Source of the DNA: an uncultured Anaerolineae bacterium
Lineage (GTDB): Bacteria; Chloroflexota; Anaerolineae; Fen-1058
Direction of reading: 5' to 3'
Length of the DNA stretch: 64,000 nucleotides
Assembly (NCBI GenBank): GCA_964550855.1
Contig: CAZKBQ010000009.1
Location: 6,009 to 70,008, forward strand
Shown: positions 33,677 to 43,122 of the stretch, piece by piece
How positions within the stretch are numbered: position 1 is the stretch's first letter
How the letters are laid out: each line of letters opens with the position of its first letter
Notes under the pieces: model-generated
Told to the model about the DNA's origin: nothing
Databases searched by the model: none
What the model saw: the letters and a program-made list of their open reading frames with translations, nothing else
Position numbers and translations under genes: made by a program

Positions 33677-36232
33677 TCACCGAGGGACTATCTGCACCCG
33701 ATCGATCACGAAGCCCAACGTGCGATCGTCGGCGCTGAGGTGCAAGGCAGCGGGGTTAAAACTCGCGGTGTCAAAAGCCAATGTCGATGAGTCGCCGGCC
33801 GGCCGGGATTGAACCTGAAACGCATAAGTCTGCCATTCCCCATAGCGCGGTGTAAAGCGCCCAATCTCGCGCCCGTCCAATGACACGCTCACTTCGGCGG
33901 GCGGCAGATCCTCCGGGCGAAACGTCATCGCGCGCACCGTGATCGTGATCGGAGCCGCCTCCGCCAACGGCAGATCGATGATGGCCCGATCGCTCGTCCA
34001 GCGCGCCGACGTCCCATCGGGCAAAATATCCTTGGCGTAAAAACCTGATCGTAGATAAGCTGCATCCAATGTGCCGACGTCGATCTCAATCGGCAGTGGC
34101 GCAGCACGCAAGTCTTTACGCTGCACATCATAGATCTCAAAGCCGTAATACGCCGGCTGAATCACCGCTGGATAATCGTAAAACGTCCCCATCAAAGCGC
34201 GCAAAGTTGTGGAATACAGGCCCGCCGGCTTCAGATCGATAGCGTGATGCACCGCCGCCGGCAGGGGATCGATCGTCAGCAGCTGCACCGGCCGATTGGA
34301 TGCGGCGGCCTGCGCCAAAACCCGATCGAGCACGGCGGCGACCGCGGCTTCGTCTTCGCTGCGGATCGTCGCCACATCGTGTCCAAAGGTAAAACGCAGC
34401 GGCACGCCCAACGCATCGGCCAGTGACGATTCCGGCGGATCGACCATGACCACGATGGCGTTCGGCTTCAGCTGCGCATTGAGCGCGGTCAGCGCATCCA
34501 CCGCGCCAAAGAAATCACGCTGCGGCAGCACAAACCGTGCCTGATAGATCAGCCCGGCCATCAGGCCCAGCGTCAATGCCAGCGCCGCGCCACGAGTGAG
34601 CCAGCGCCGACGCCAGTCCCACATTCCCCACAAGGCGTAAGCCGCAAAGATCATCAGCGTCGGCAGAACAATGGGCACATAGCGGCGCATGGCGTAGATG
34701 TGATACGGGGTGTTGAAGATGTTATACACGTATTGAATCGTCGTCAGCACGCCCACCGACAGGAACAGGCCCAGCCGCAGCAGCGCAGCGCGGCGCACCA
34801 GCCAAGCCGCGCCCCACGTCGCCAGCCCGATGCCGAGCGGCGTGATGTACCAGCCTATCCGCACCCAGTTCTGCGCGTCGAGCACGGGATACTGCACGTT
34901 GCCGGGCCAGGCCGTGACAAAGCGGATCGGCTCGATGACGGGGCGCACGAAATAAGCAAAAATACTGATCGCCGTCAGCCCGCCCGCCAGCAGCCAGCGG
35001 GCGCGCTGCCGCGCCGCCGATGACAATGTCCGGCGACGCCAGCGCCGCCGCAGCGCGCTGACGGCGATGACCGTCGCCAGCATGCCGGCCGCGCCGCCGG
35101 CGGCGATCACCGGCGAGCGCTCCAGCAGGCGCGCCACACTGCCATACGTGTTCCAGGCATACGGCCAGTTGATGGCGATCAGATCGATCAACATGTGAAC
35201 GGTGAAGATGCCCAGCGTCAGCGTGAACCACGTCCACGCGCGCGTCCACTGCCCGCGCGCCCGCACGGCGATCAACGCCACGCCGATCAACGCCAGCACC
35301 AGCGGCAGATCGATGCGCGTCAGCACGGCCGCGCCGAAGGCCGCGCCGCCGAAGACGCCCCAGATGGCGGGCGCCGATCGATCGTCGATCAGGACTTGAA
35401 AAGCCAGCAGGCCGCTGAAGACCAGCAGCAGCGTCAGCGGCTCGGTGGTGGGGTAGCGCGCAAAGTAGATGTGCGTGGGCGTGAGCGCCAGCAGCGTCGC
35501 GGCCAGCAGCGCCACCCGCCGATCGAACAGCTGTCGCGCCGCAAAATACACCGCCGCCAGGCTCAGCACACCCCACAGCGGCGTGACCAGCAGGCCCAGC
35601 TTCAGGCCGCCCAGACTGGTGCCTACGGCGACGAGCGCGGGATGCAGGGGCAAAAACTGAGGGATGATGCGCCCGGCGTCCGCGTCGTCCAGGTAATAGC
35701 CGACAAACTGTAGATAGCGCGTCTGCCACGCGGGCGGCTGCCGGCGCAGGGTCACGTCGGGATAGTCGCGCATGAGCCGCGACCAATCGTCGCCGGTCAC
35801 GACAAATTGGCCGGTCTGCGCCAGGGTGCTGCTGATGTTCAGATACGTGCCCGCATCGGTGCCGCCCAGCACGTACTCGTGCGGCCGGAAGTACACCACG
35901 GCGCTGCCGATAAGCAGGACTGCTAAACCGACTTCGTATCGTGTGGGGGCGCGGAAGATCGATCGGGGACGGCGGCGAAGCCAAAAGAGCAGCCCCACGG
36001 AGCAGACCCATTCGATCAGGCCGATCCAGCCGATCGAGTACGAGTTGATTGACGCCAGGATCACGCCGATCCAGCCGGTGACGATGACGGCGCTGATGAC
36101 GGCGAGGAATACGGCCAGCGGCCAGTCGAGCGGGCGCGCGCTGGCGGCCCAGGCCAGCAACGCAGTGGTGATCAACGCGAGGCAGCCGGTGACGAACAGG
36201 ATCGCGGCCGGCGCGTCAACTACGCCGATCAT
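33677..36232 (-). CDS. Large GT-C-like polytopic membrane glycosyltransferase with C-terminal extracytoplasmic domain
   Basis: 851 aa with about 15 TM helices. The YVLGGTDAGTYLN loop and ALTPTHIYFARYPTTEPL segment resemble ArnT/PMT_2-type enzymes. A ~290-aa soluble C-terminus ends in DDRTLGFVIDRVQIVPR. The start overlaps the wzt-like stop (ATGA). Confidence 0.8.
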   Translation of the reverse strand: MIGVVDAPAAILFVTGCLALITTALLAWAASARPLDWPLAVFLAVISAVIVTGWIGVILASINSYSIGWIGLIEWVCSVGLLFWLRRRPRSIFRAPTRYEVGLAVLLIGSAVVYFRPHEYVLGGTDAGTYLNISSTLAQTGQFVVTGDDWSRLMRDYPDVTLRRQPPAWQTRYLQFVGYYLDDADAGRIIPQFLPLHPALVAVGTSLGGLKLGLLVTPLWGVLSLAAVYFAARQLFDRRVALLAATLLALTPTHIYFARYPTTEPLTLLLVFSGLLAFQVLIDDRSAPAIWGVFGGAAFGAAVLTRIDLPLVLALIGVALIAVRARGQWTRAWTWFTLTLGIFTVHMLIDLIAINWPYAWNTYGSVARLLERSPVIAAGGAAGMLATVIAVSALRRRWRRRTLSSAARQRARWLLAGGLTAISIFAYFVRPVIEPIRFVTAWPGNVQYPVLDAQNWVRIGWYITPLGIGLATWGAAWLVRRAALLRLGLFLSVGVLTTIQYVYNIFNTPYHIYAMRRYVPIVLPTLMIFAAYALWGMWDWRRRWLTRGAALALTLGLMAGLIYQARFVLPQRDFFGAVDALTALNAQLKPNAIVVMVDPPESSLADALGVPLRFTFGHDVATIRSEDEAAVAAVLDRVLAQAAASNRPVQLLTIDPLPAAVHHAIDLKPAGLYSTTLRALMGTFYDYPAVIQPAYYGFEIYDVQRKDLRAAPLPIEIDVGTLDAAYLRSGFYAKDILPDGTSARWTSDRAIIDLPLAEAAPITITVRAMTFRPEDLPPAEVSVSLDGREIGRFTPRYGEWQTYAFQVQSRPAGDSSTLAFDTASFNPAALHLSADDRTLGFVIDRVQIVPR

Positions 36233-37485
36233 GCCCGGCCCGCGATGACGGTTTCTGCTTGCGGCGCATGCTGCCAGCGGGCGGGCAGATGCACCACGCC
36301 GGACTCATTCCAGCCGGTGCGTGAGCGAACTTCAAGCGGATAAAGGCGGTGATGGTGATCGATGGCGACGGTGGAGTCGCGGTTGTAGATGGCGACGGTG
36401 AGCTCGTATTCGCCGGGATTGAGCGGGAGCGCGTCGATGATGTAGTCCACCGTGCCGTCGCCTTCGATGTAGGGGATGTCGTAGCCGTCGGCCACCGAGT
36501 TGGGACCGTTGATGTGCAGGCCGTCGCGGCGGTAAAACGCCAGTCCAAACGTGGGCGTCTCCAGCCGCTCGTGTGCGCGGTAATGCAGGCGCAGCGTAAA
36601 GGCTTCGCCGGTCTTGAATTGGGTGCGAGGTTGACCGTCGGCGCCCAACAGTTCCACCTGCACGATCTCGGCTTGATAGGTGCCAAAGCGATTGGCCGAG
36701 CGCGCGGCGATGGTGGGCGCTCGGCGCTTGATCTTGACCTGGGCCTGCTCGTCCGTGTACTCGCCGCCGAGCAGCGCCGGGTCGCCGTCGGCGCGCAGCA
36801 AGCCGTCGGAGATCCACAAGGCCCGGTTGCACAACTGCTGAATCTGGCCCATGCTGTGCGAGACCAGCACCAGCGTAACACCCTGCGTCTGCAATTCCGT
36901 CAGCCTTTCGGCGCACTTGCGTTGAAAGGCCGCGTCGCCCACGGCCAGCACCTCGTCGATCAGCAGGATGTCGGGGTTAAGCGCGGTGCTCACGGCAAAG
37001 CCCAGCCGCACGATCATGCCCGACGAGTAGTTGCGAACCTGCACGTCGATGAACGGGCCGATGTCGGCGAAATCGATGATGGCGTCCAGCTGGCGTTTGA
37101 TCTCGGCCCGGGAGATGCCCAGGATGGAGGCGTTGAGAAAAATGTTCTCGCGCCCGGTCAGATCGGGGTGAAAGCCGGTACCCAATTCCAGCAACCCGGC
37201 GATGCGTCCCTGCGTGTGGATGCGGCCGGTGGTCGGCTCGATCACACGACTCATGAGCTTGAGCAGCGTGCTCTTGCCGGAGCCGTTGGTGCCGATGATG
37301 CCCACGCGCTCGCCGGGCTGAATCTCAAACGACACGTCGCGCAACGCCCAGAAGGTGCCGCCGCTGACGCGTTCGTGGTCGGCGCGCTGGCGCCGCCGGA
37401 TCAGCAGCTCCTGCAGCGAGCGAGCGCGCCCCAGGTTGAGGTCGAACTTTTTGGCGACGTGATCGAAGACGATGGCCGGCGTCAC
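36229..37485 (-). CDS. Wzt/TagH-type polysaccharide-export ABC ATPase with C-terminal carbohydrate-binding (Wzt_C-like) domain
   Basis: 418 aa with a GTG start. Walker A GTNGSGKST, signature YSSGM, Walker B ILLIDEVLAVGD. A ~150-aa beta-rich C-terminal extension (GEAFTLRLHYRA...FGLAFYRRDG...GEYELTVAIY). Confidence 0.9.
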   Translation of the reverse strand: MTPAIVFDHVAKKFDLNLGRARSLQELLIRRRQRADHERVSGGTFWALRDVSFEIQPGERVGIIGTNGSGKSTLLKLMSRVIEPTTGRIHTQGRIAGLLELGTGFHPDLTGRENIFLNASILGISRAEIKRQLDAIIDFADIGPFIDVQVRNYSSGMIVRLGFAVSTALNPDILLIDEVLAVGDAAFQRKCAERLTELQTQGVTLVLVSHSMGQIQQLCNRALWISDGLLRADGDPALLGGEYTDEQAQVKIKRRAPTIAARSANRFGTYQAEIVQVELLGADGQPRTQFKTGEAFTLRLHYRAHERLETPTFGLAFYRRDGLHINGPNSVADGYDIPYIEGDGTVDYIIDALPLNPGEYELTVAIYNRDSTVAIDHHHRLYPLEVRSRTGWNESGVVHLPARWQHAPQAETVIAGRA

Positions 37486-37497
37486 GACGAATACACC

Positions 37498-38520
37498 TTA
37501 TGCGAACAAGTGCGGGTTGGCGTCGATCCACTGCCACAGGCGGGCGACGCCATCGGGCATGGCGACGCGCGGCTGCCAGTGAAGATCGCGCTGTGCTTTG
37601 CGAATATCGCTGATATACACCGGTTGATCGCCGGGTCGCCAGTCGCCGCGGGCGACTGCGATCGATCGGCCGGCGAGCGACTCCAAAAATGGGCCGAATT
37701 CCGCCCAGATTGACATGGTGCTGTCCGGGCCGCCGCCAATGTTGTAAACCTGTCCGGCGGCAGTGTCGATGTGGTCGGCCGCGGCCTGATAAGCGGCAAT
37801 CAGATCGTCGATCCACAGCACGTCGCGTACTTGCTTGCCGTCGCCGTAGATCGTGATGGGGCGGCCGAGCCGCGCCGCGATGCAGAAGTGGGCCACCCAG
37901 CCCTGATCTTCCACGCCGAACTGGCGCGGGCCATAGATGCAGCTCTGCCGGAAGACCACGGTTTTCAGCCCGTAAATGCGGTGATAATCACGCACATACT
38001 GATCGCCGGCGCCTTTGCTGCAGCCATAAGGCGAATGGAAATCGAGCAGGCGATCTTCAGGAACGCCCAACGGCAGATCGCGATAGCGATAGCGCGTCAC
38101 TTCTTCCACGATGGCGATGTCTTCCATGCCGCCGTAGACTTTGTTGGTGGACGCGTAAAAGACCACGGCGTGCGGGGCATTGGCGCGCACCGCCTCCAGC
38201 ACGTTGAAGGTGCCCAGCGCATTGATCTCAAAATCTTCGCGGGGATCCTTGACCGAGGTGGTGACGGCCACCTGGCCGGCGAAGTGATAGACCCGATCGA
38301 TCTCGGCGGGCAGGGCGGCCTGCAGCGCCTCAAAGTCGCGCACGTCGCCGTGGATAAAGGCCAGCCGTTCGCCGTGGCGCTGTCGCAGCCAATCCAGGTT
38401 GAGCGGCGCGCCGCGGCGCGATAAGTTGTCGAAGACGATCACGTAATCGCCGCGTGCCAGATGATAATCGGCCAGGTTGGCGCCGATGAAGCCGGCGCCG
38501 CCGGTAATAAAGACGTTCAC
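37498..38520 (-). CDS. NAD-dependent nucleotide-sugar epimerase/dehydratase (SDR family)
   Basis: 340 aa from GTG 38520, giving (M)NVFITGGAGFIGANL. GGGAG lies 10 nt upstream. ATG 38574 would add an 18-aa non-conserved leader. YGCSK catalytic Tyr-x3-Lys. Confidence 0.85.
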   Translation of the reverse strand: MNVFITGGAGFIGANLADYHLARGDYVIVFDNLSRRGAPLNLDWLRQRHGERLAFIHGDVRDFEALQAALPAEIDRVYHFAGQVAVTTSVKDPREDFEINALGTFNVLEAVRANAPHAVVFYASTNKVYGGMEDIAIVEEVTRYRYRDLPLGVPEDRLLDFHSPYGCSKGAGDQYVRDYHRIYGLKTVVFRQSCIYGPRQFGVEDQGWVAHFCIAARLGRPITIYGDGKQVRDVLWIDDLIAAYQAAADHIDTAAGQVYNIGGGPDSTMSIWAEFGPFLESLAGRSIAVARGDWRPGDQPVYISDIRKAQRDLHWQPRVAMPDGVARLWQWIDANPHLFA

Positions 38521-38592
38521 GCTGCCGGTGCTCCCATCCAATCGATTGTGATGCGAACGGCTATTATACTGCATTCGCCCGGGGGCACGGGG

Positions 38593-39576
38593 TCAATCGC
38601 GGGCGGGTTTGTCGGTGTCGGCCGCGGCGCGCTCGCGCTCAATCTCTGCGCGGCGCTGGCGATAGAGTATTTCTTCCATCAGACGGCGGCTCTCGCCGAT
38701 GCGATCGGCCAGCAGGCCGAAGATCATCACCAGGAAGCCCACGATCAGCGCCATCACGGCGACGATCAGCGACTGCACGTTGCCGGGCAGGTTGAAGTCA
38801 CGGCTGATGAAAATGATCAGCAGCCGCGCAAAGAGCACCGCGGCCAGCAGCCAGAACGGCACTGACAGGTAAAAGAACGTCTTGAGCGGCTCGTACGTGG
38901 CGTAGGCGCGCACGATGGTGGCGGCCTGCCGCTTGACAAAGTGCCACGAGCCGCGGTGCAGCTTGGAGGGGCGCGTGGGATTGGTGGTGATGGGCACGTG
39001 CGCCACTTTAAGTCCACGCTTGCCGGCTTGAATGAGATTGTCGAGCGTGTACGAAAAATCGGAGGTGACGAACAACCGCAGAGCGGCTTCCCGACTGTAC
39101 GCCCGAAAGCCGCTGGGCGCATCGGGCACACTGGTGCCGCTGGCCATGCGCACGATCCAGCTGCCGAAGCGTTCCAGCACGCGTTTTTGCGCCGAAAAAT
39201 GCTCGATCTGGCCCACCTGTCGATCGCCGATGACGAGATCGGCGGCCTGATCGAGCAGGGGTTTGATCAGGGCGGGGATGTGTTCGCCGGGATACTGGTG
39301 ATCGCCGTCGGTGTTGACGATGAGATCCGCACCCAGCCGCAAGCCGGCATCCAGGCCGGCCTGAAACGCAAACGCCAGGCCGCGGTTGAGCGGCAGCGAG
39401 ACGATGTGATCGGCGCCCGCGGCGCGGGCCTCGGCCACCGTGCCGTCGCGCGAGCCATCGTCGATGACCAGCACTTCCACGCGGTCAACGCCGTCGATCT
39501 GGCGCGGCACATCACGAATGACCTGCGCGATGGTGGCCTCTTCGTTGAAGGCCGGAATTTGCACGATAAGTTTCAT
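38593..39576 (-). CDS. GT2 polyprenyl-phosphate glycosyltransferase (DPM1/GtrB-like) with two C-terminal TM helices
   Basis: 327 aa. IVQIPAFNEE, VLVIDDGSRDGT and NTDGDHQY (DxD). C-terminal hydrophobic hairpin. Confidence 0.9.
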   Translation of the reverse strand: MKLIVQIPAFNEEATIAQVIRDVPRQIDGVDRVEVLVIDDGSRDGTVAEARAAGADHIVSLPLNRGLAFAFQAGLDAGLRLGADLIVNTDGDHQYPGEHIPALIKPLLDQAADLVIGDRQVGQIEHFSAQKRVLERFGSWIVRMASGTSVPDAPSGFRAYSREAALRLFVTSDFSYTLDNLIQAGKRGLKVAHVPITTNPTRPSKLHRGSWHFVKRQAATIVRAYATYEPLKTFFYLSVPFWLLAAVLFARLLIIFISRDFNLPGNVQSLIVAVMALIVGFLVMIFGLLADRIGESRRLMEEILYRQRRAEIERERAAADTDKPARD

Positions 39577-39602
39577 TCGCCTGCAGCCTGTGACATGGTA
39601 AA

Positions 39603-40958
39603 ATGGCGCGCGTGACGACTCTATCCGTTGATCGCCGTTGGTTGCGCGCCATACCGATCGGGTTGTATCTAGTGCTCAGTGCATTGTACTTGCTGGCCGT
39701 GCCGCCCGGCGAAGCCCCCGACGAGCCTTCGCATCTGCAGTGCATCGAGCAGGTCAGCCTGCTGGGACGCCTGCCCGAAGTTGAACCCAGGCCCACCGGC
39801 GTGTGGTGGTCGCGCACGCATGTAATCAGCGGCTATCTGTGTCAACACCTGCCGCTGTATTATCTGATCGCGGGCGGGATTCAGCAAGCCGTTCACGCCC
39901 TGACCAACACGCCCATCCATTTTGAGTTTCCGCCCAACTACCCGCAAGGCCCGCAGCCTGCGATGTTTCAACATGCCCGGCCAGCACTGGCGCTGAGCGA
40001 TTCGCCCGCGGTGTTAGCCCTGCGCGTGCTATCCATCGGGCTGGGATTGGTCACGGTGTGGACGGCTTACCGCGTCACGCGCTCCATTCTACCAGACAAC
40101 GCGCCCGGCTGGCCGGCTGTGGCCGCCGCGACGCTGGTCGCGGGCTGGCCGCAATTCCTGTTTATGAGCCGTGCGATCAACAACGATGTGCTGGCGACGG
40201 CGCTGGCCGCGCTGGTGCTGTTGATCCTGCTGCCGGTGGGTCGTCCGCGCCGATTGATCTTCGCGACGATTACGGCCTGCCTGGCTGTGCTGGCCAAGCT
40301 CAACATGATCTTCACGCTGGGGGCTGTCGGCGCGGCCTATCTCATCGAGTTTGCGGCCTATCGCGATCAACGCCGCGCTTATGCCTTCTCGGCCGCCATC
40401 AGCGTCGGGGTCAGCGTGGGCGCGGCGGCGCTCACCCTCTTACAGCCCACGGTGGGCGCCCATCTGGTGCGTGATCTGCAGGCCTTCAACGGCAGCGCGC
40501 CGCAGGCCCTCACCCTCACTTACTGGCTGGATGTGCTGGGCTGGTCGATGAGTTCGGGGTATGCGCGGCTGGGCTGGATGAATGTGCCGGCTCCCGACTG
40601 GCAGGCGCTGGCGTGGTGGGTGTTCATCGGCGTCACGGCACTGATCGGCGCGGTAACAGCTGTGCGCAACGCGACCGATCGACCTCGGCGCGTCCGGTTG
40701 ATGGTGCTGGGCGTCTGGGCGCTGGCCGTGCTGGCCGCTTACGTGAAGCTCAACTTAAGCCGCTTCCAGCCACAGTTCCGCTACGTTTTTGCGTTGCTGC
40801 CGGTGCTGACGGCGGTTGCGGCCATCGGCTACCATCGCTTGCTGCCCTCATCATCTCGCGCGCAGCGGGCCAGCTTACTGGGCCTGGCCCTGGCGCTGCT
40901 GGCAATCAACGTCTGGATCGTCTTCGGCTTGATCGCGCCAACCTACGCGAGCGGTTGA
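39603..40958 (+). CDS. Polytopic membrane protein, DUF2142-like putative GT-C glycosyltransferase
   Basis: 451 aa. The N-terminal loop PPGEAPDEPSHLQCIEQV matches the PDE..H signature I associate with DUF2142. About 11 TM helices. It is divergent from the GT2 gene, with only 26 nt between the start codons. Confidence 0.75.
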   Translation: MARVTTLSVDRRWLRAIPIGLYLVLSALYLLAVPPGEAPDEPSHLQCIEQVSLLGRLPEVEPRPTGVWWSRTHVISGYLCQHLPLYYLIAGGIQQAVHALTNTPIHFEFPPNYPQGPQPAMFQHARPALALSDSPAVLALRVLSIGLGLVTVWTAYRVTRSILPDNAPGWPAVAAATLVAGWPQFLFMSRAINNDVLATALAALVLLILLPVGRPRRLIFATITACLAVLAKLNMIFTLGAVGAAYLIEFAAYRDQRRAYAFSAAISVGVSVGAAALTLLQPTVGAHLVRDLQAFNGSAPQALTLTYWLDVLGWSMSSGYARLGWMNVPAPDWQALAWWVFIGVTALIGAVTAVRNATDRPRRVRLMVLGVWALAVLAAYVKLNLSRFQPQFRYVFALLPVLTAVAAIGYHRLLPSSSRAQRASLLGLALALLAINVWIVFGLIAPTYASG

Positions 40959-41047
40959 CGCCTCCAATCCACCGGTCTTCCTCGAGATGCCGCTGCCTCA
41001 GCGCGCCGCCCCGCTTAAATCAGCAGAACCCCTGAGTGAAGGCTGCC

Positions 41048-42868
41048 TCATCGCGCGGCGGGCGTGATGGGCAGGCCCGTCACACGGAAATTGTCGAAGC
41101 GGGCATCCGATTTGGGTGTCACCTCGTACGGGATGGTGATGACGCCCACACCGGTCAGACCGGTGATCGAACCATCTGACCAGGTCAAATACGAGTAGCC
41201 GTTGGCGCCCACCGAAATCTGATCGGCGTTGCGCGTGACCTTCAGGTGATTGGGCGTGCCGTAATTGTTCAGGCCCGGCACCAGGCCGCCGTTGAGGTAG
41301 GTGTAGCCGTTCGCGTCGAAGCGATACAGTGCGAAGCCGCCGTAATCGGTGCTGACAATGAACAGGTAGTAGCGACTGAAGTCGGCTGTGACGCCGAAGA
41401 TCAGCCCGTAGAATTTGCCAGGTGTGCCTTCCCAGCGCGCATCAACTTCCACCACGTAGTTCTGCCGACTGCAGGTGGGGGCGCGGAATGCATAGCTGTA
41501 TCCGCTGTGCTTGCTGTAGACCCGGAACTCGCCGTTCAGATATTGCGACAGCACGTTCCCGTCTTCAACCACCAGCCAGCCGCTGGCGGGATTACTAAAA
41601 TCATCAAAGTAATCCGGGCAGTTGTTGTAGTTGCGGGCCGTCATCGGTTGAAAGACTTGACGAATGGGATCGGCCGGATCAAACTCATAGGCCCCGATGT
41701 CGCAACGCGCGACGGTGTCGCCGTCGCCATCCACCGGGCGCGGCCGGCCCCGTTGATCCGATGTGAGAACCTCGCCCTGATGATTCAAACAGCCGGCCGG
41801 ATCACCGTGATCGATGGCGGCGCTGCCGGCGAACAAGGCGTAGCTGCCGCCCAGCAGCAAGCCGTTCGCTTTCACGTTGAGCCGATCGCCGGTGGACGCC
41901 GTAAACGAGCAGCCCGATGTCGTGCTGACGAGGTTATAGCCCTCACTGGTGAGGGCGCCGGCGCAGTCGGACTTGCCCGCGTTGCGCACACGATTATCCG
42001 CAATCAGGCTGTTGCGCAACGTCAGCGCACCCACGTTGTTTGCCACACCGGCCCCGCTCAGGCCGCCTTCGTTCTCAGTCACTGTGACATTATTGAGTTC
42101 GACACTGCCGCCATAATAGTTGTACACTCCGCACCCGCTGAAGCCGCAGGTGTTGCGACTGATGGTGCTGTTGTCCAGCACCACCGTCCCCCACGAGTTG
42201 TACAGGCCGCCTACCAGTCCACCGCCCGATGAGTTGTGCCCGATAAATGAATTGATCACGCTCAGCTGGCTGCCCACATTGTAAATGCCGCCAACGTCGC
42301 TGATGATCTGGCTGCCGGTGATCGTCATCACCCCGGCGTTGACGATGCCGCCTTTTTCGGAAAAGCTGTTGTTATCCGCCACGATGGAATTGGTCAGGGT
42401 CAACACGCCATTGTTCTGGATGCCGCCCGCTTCGTTGTCGTTGACGGGGTGATAACCGTGTCGCACGGTAAACCGATCGAGACTGGCAGTTACGCCATTG
42501 CCCACCGTCAGCCCGCGCCGCGTGGCTTCGCCATCGATAATCGATTCTCCGGTCTGCGCCGTAAACGCGGCATCCCAGCCGCCTGTCAGCGCGAGGTCTT
42601 TGTCAATGACCACCACGGCTGTGCCTGCGGCGGCTGTGTAAACGCCCGCTGCTACTCGCACGCTATCGCCGGCCGCCGCCTTGCCGATGGCGGCGTTGAT
42701 GGTGGCGCAGGGAGCGTTCGGCGAGAGGCAGTCATTGGCATCGCTGCCGCCTGGGGCCACATACCATCCATCCGATGCAAAAACTGTCCTGGACGCCAGC
42801 TGCATCGCGATGATCCCCGACGCCATCAGCAGCATGGGAAACAGGACACGGACGAGTTGTCTCAACAT
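41048..42868 (-). CDS. Secreted beta-helix protein (choice-of-anchor-Q-like) fused to a C-terminal lectin/LamG- or DUF1080-like beta-sandwich
   Basis: 606 aa from ATG 42868 (MLRQLVRVLFPMLLMASGIIAM). Cap DANDCLSPNAPCATINAAIGKAAAGDSVRVAAGVY. The beta-helix coils end in RCDIGAYEF, followed by a ~190-aa domain (FDDFSNPASGW...FRVY...YYLFIV...FDNFRV). Confidence 0.85.
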   Translation of the reverse strand: MLRQLVRVLFPMLLMASGIIAMQLASRTVFASDGWYVAPGGSDANDCLSPNAPCATINAAIGKAAAGDSVRVAAGVYTAAAGTAVVVIDKDLALTGGWDAAFTAQTGESIIDGEATRRGLTVGNGVTASLDRFTVRHGYHPVNDNEAGGIQNNGVLTLTNSIVADNNSFSEKGGIVNAGVMTITGSQIISDVGGIYNVGSQLSVINSFIGHNSSGGGLVGGLYNSWGTVVLDNSTISRNTCGFSGCGVYNYYGGSVELNNVTVTENEGGLSGAGVANNVGALTLRNSLIADNRVRNAGKSDCAGALTSEGYNLVSTTSGCSFTASTGDRLNVKANGLLLGGSYALFAGSAAIDHGDPAGCLNHQGEVLTSDQRGRPRPVDGDGDTVARCDIGAYEFDPADPIRQVFQPMTARNYNNCPDYFDDFSNPASGWLVVEDGNVLSQYLNGEFRVYSKHSGYSYAFRAPTCSRQNYVVEVDARWEGTPGKFYGLIFGVTADFSRYYLFIVSTDYGGFALYRFDANGYTYLNGGLVPGLNNYGTPNHLKVTRNADQISVGANGYSYLTWSDGSITGLTGVGVITIPYEVTPKSDARFDNFRVTGLPITPAAR

Positions 42869-43122
42869 GCTAACCCTCGATTCTTTCAGATGAATTATCC
42901 CGGTTGGCCGCACTCAACCAATCGAGAGGCGCGGCGCCCATCAGCGTACTCTTACGTCAGTATAGGGCGGCTGCGCCGCGCGCGTCAATTGACGAATGTC
43001 ACCGCTGTGCGCGCCTCCGTCCAAAGTCCTAGATTCAGCTTGACCGGTTAGCGGATTGACGCGCCGGGAAAAACCTGTACCATAGTCCTGACGGGCTGCC
43101 GTCAGGAAAGGTAGAAAACCGT

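Noticed and set aside
33677-36232. Idea that the 851-aa membrane protein contains a fused Wzm (ABC-2) permease domain that would complete the Wzt transporter
   Set aside because: The helices are continuous with an ArnT/PMT-like layout, with large loops and a 290-aa extracytoplasmic tail. No ~260-aa six-helix ABC-2 unit or its N-terminal amphipathic helix is discernible. The absence of Wzm is therefore kept as a finding.
36349-37713. 454-aa plus-strand ORF antisense to the Wzt ATPase and the epimerase 3-prime end
   Set aside because: It spans two well-supported minus-strand genes and their spacer. Walker A and B and the signature motif are all in the minus frame.
42869-43122. Larger non-coding gaps (7504-7689, 21947-22088, 33504-33676, 42869-43122, 59892-60041) inspected for tRNA, sRNA or riboswitch genes
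   Set aside because: I could fold no cloverleaf-compatible arms or known riboswitch cores by eye. The gaps are explained by divergent promoters, terminators and 5-prime leaders. One example is the 8-bp hairpin CCTGACGG/CCGTCAGG just before the RBS at 43110. A covariance-model scan (tRNAscan-SE, Infernal/Rfam) would be needed to exclude small RNAs.
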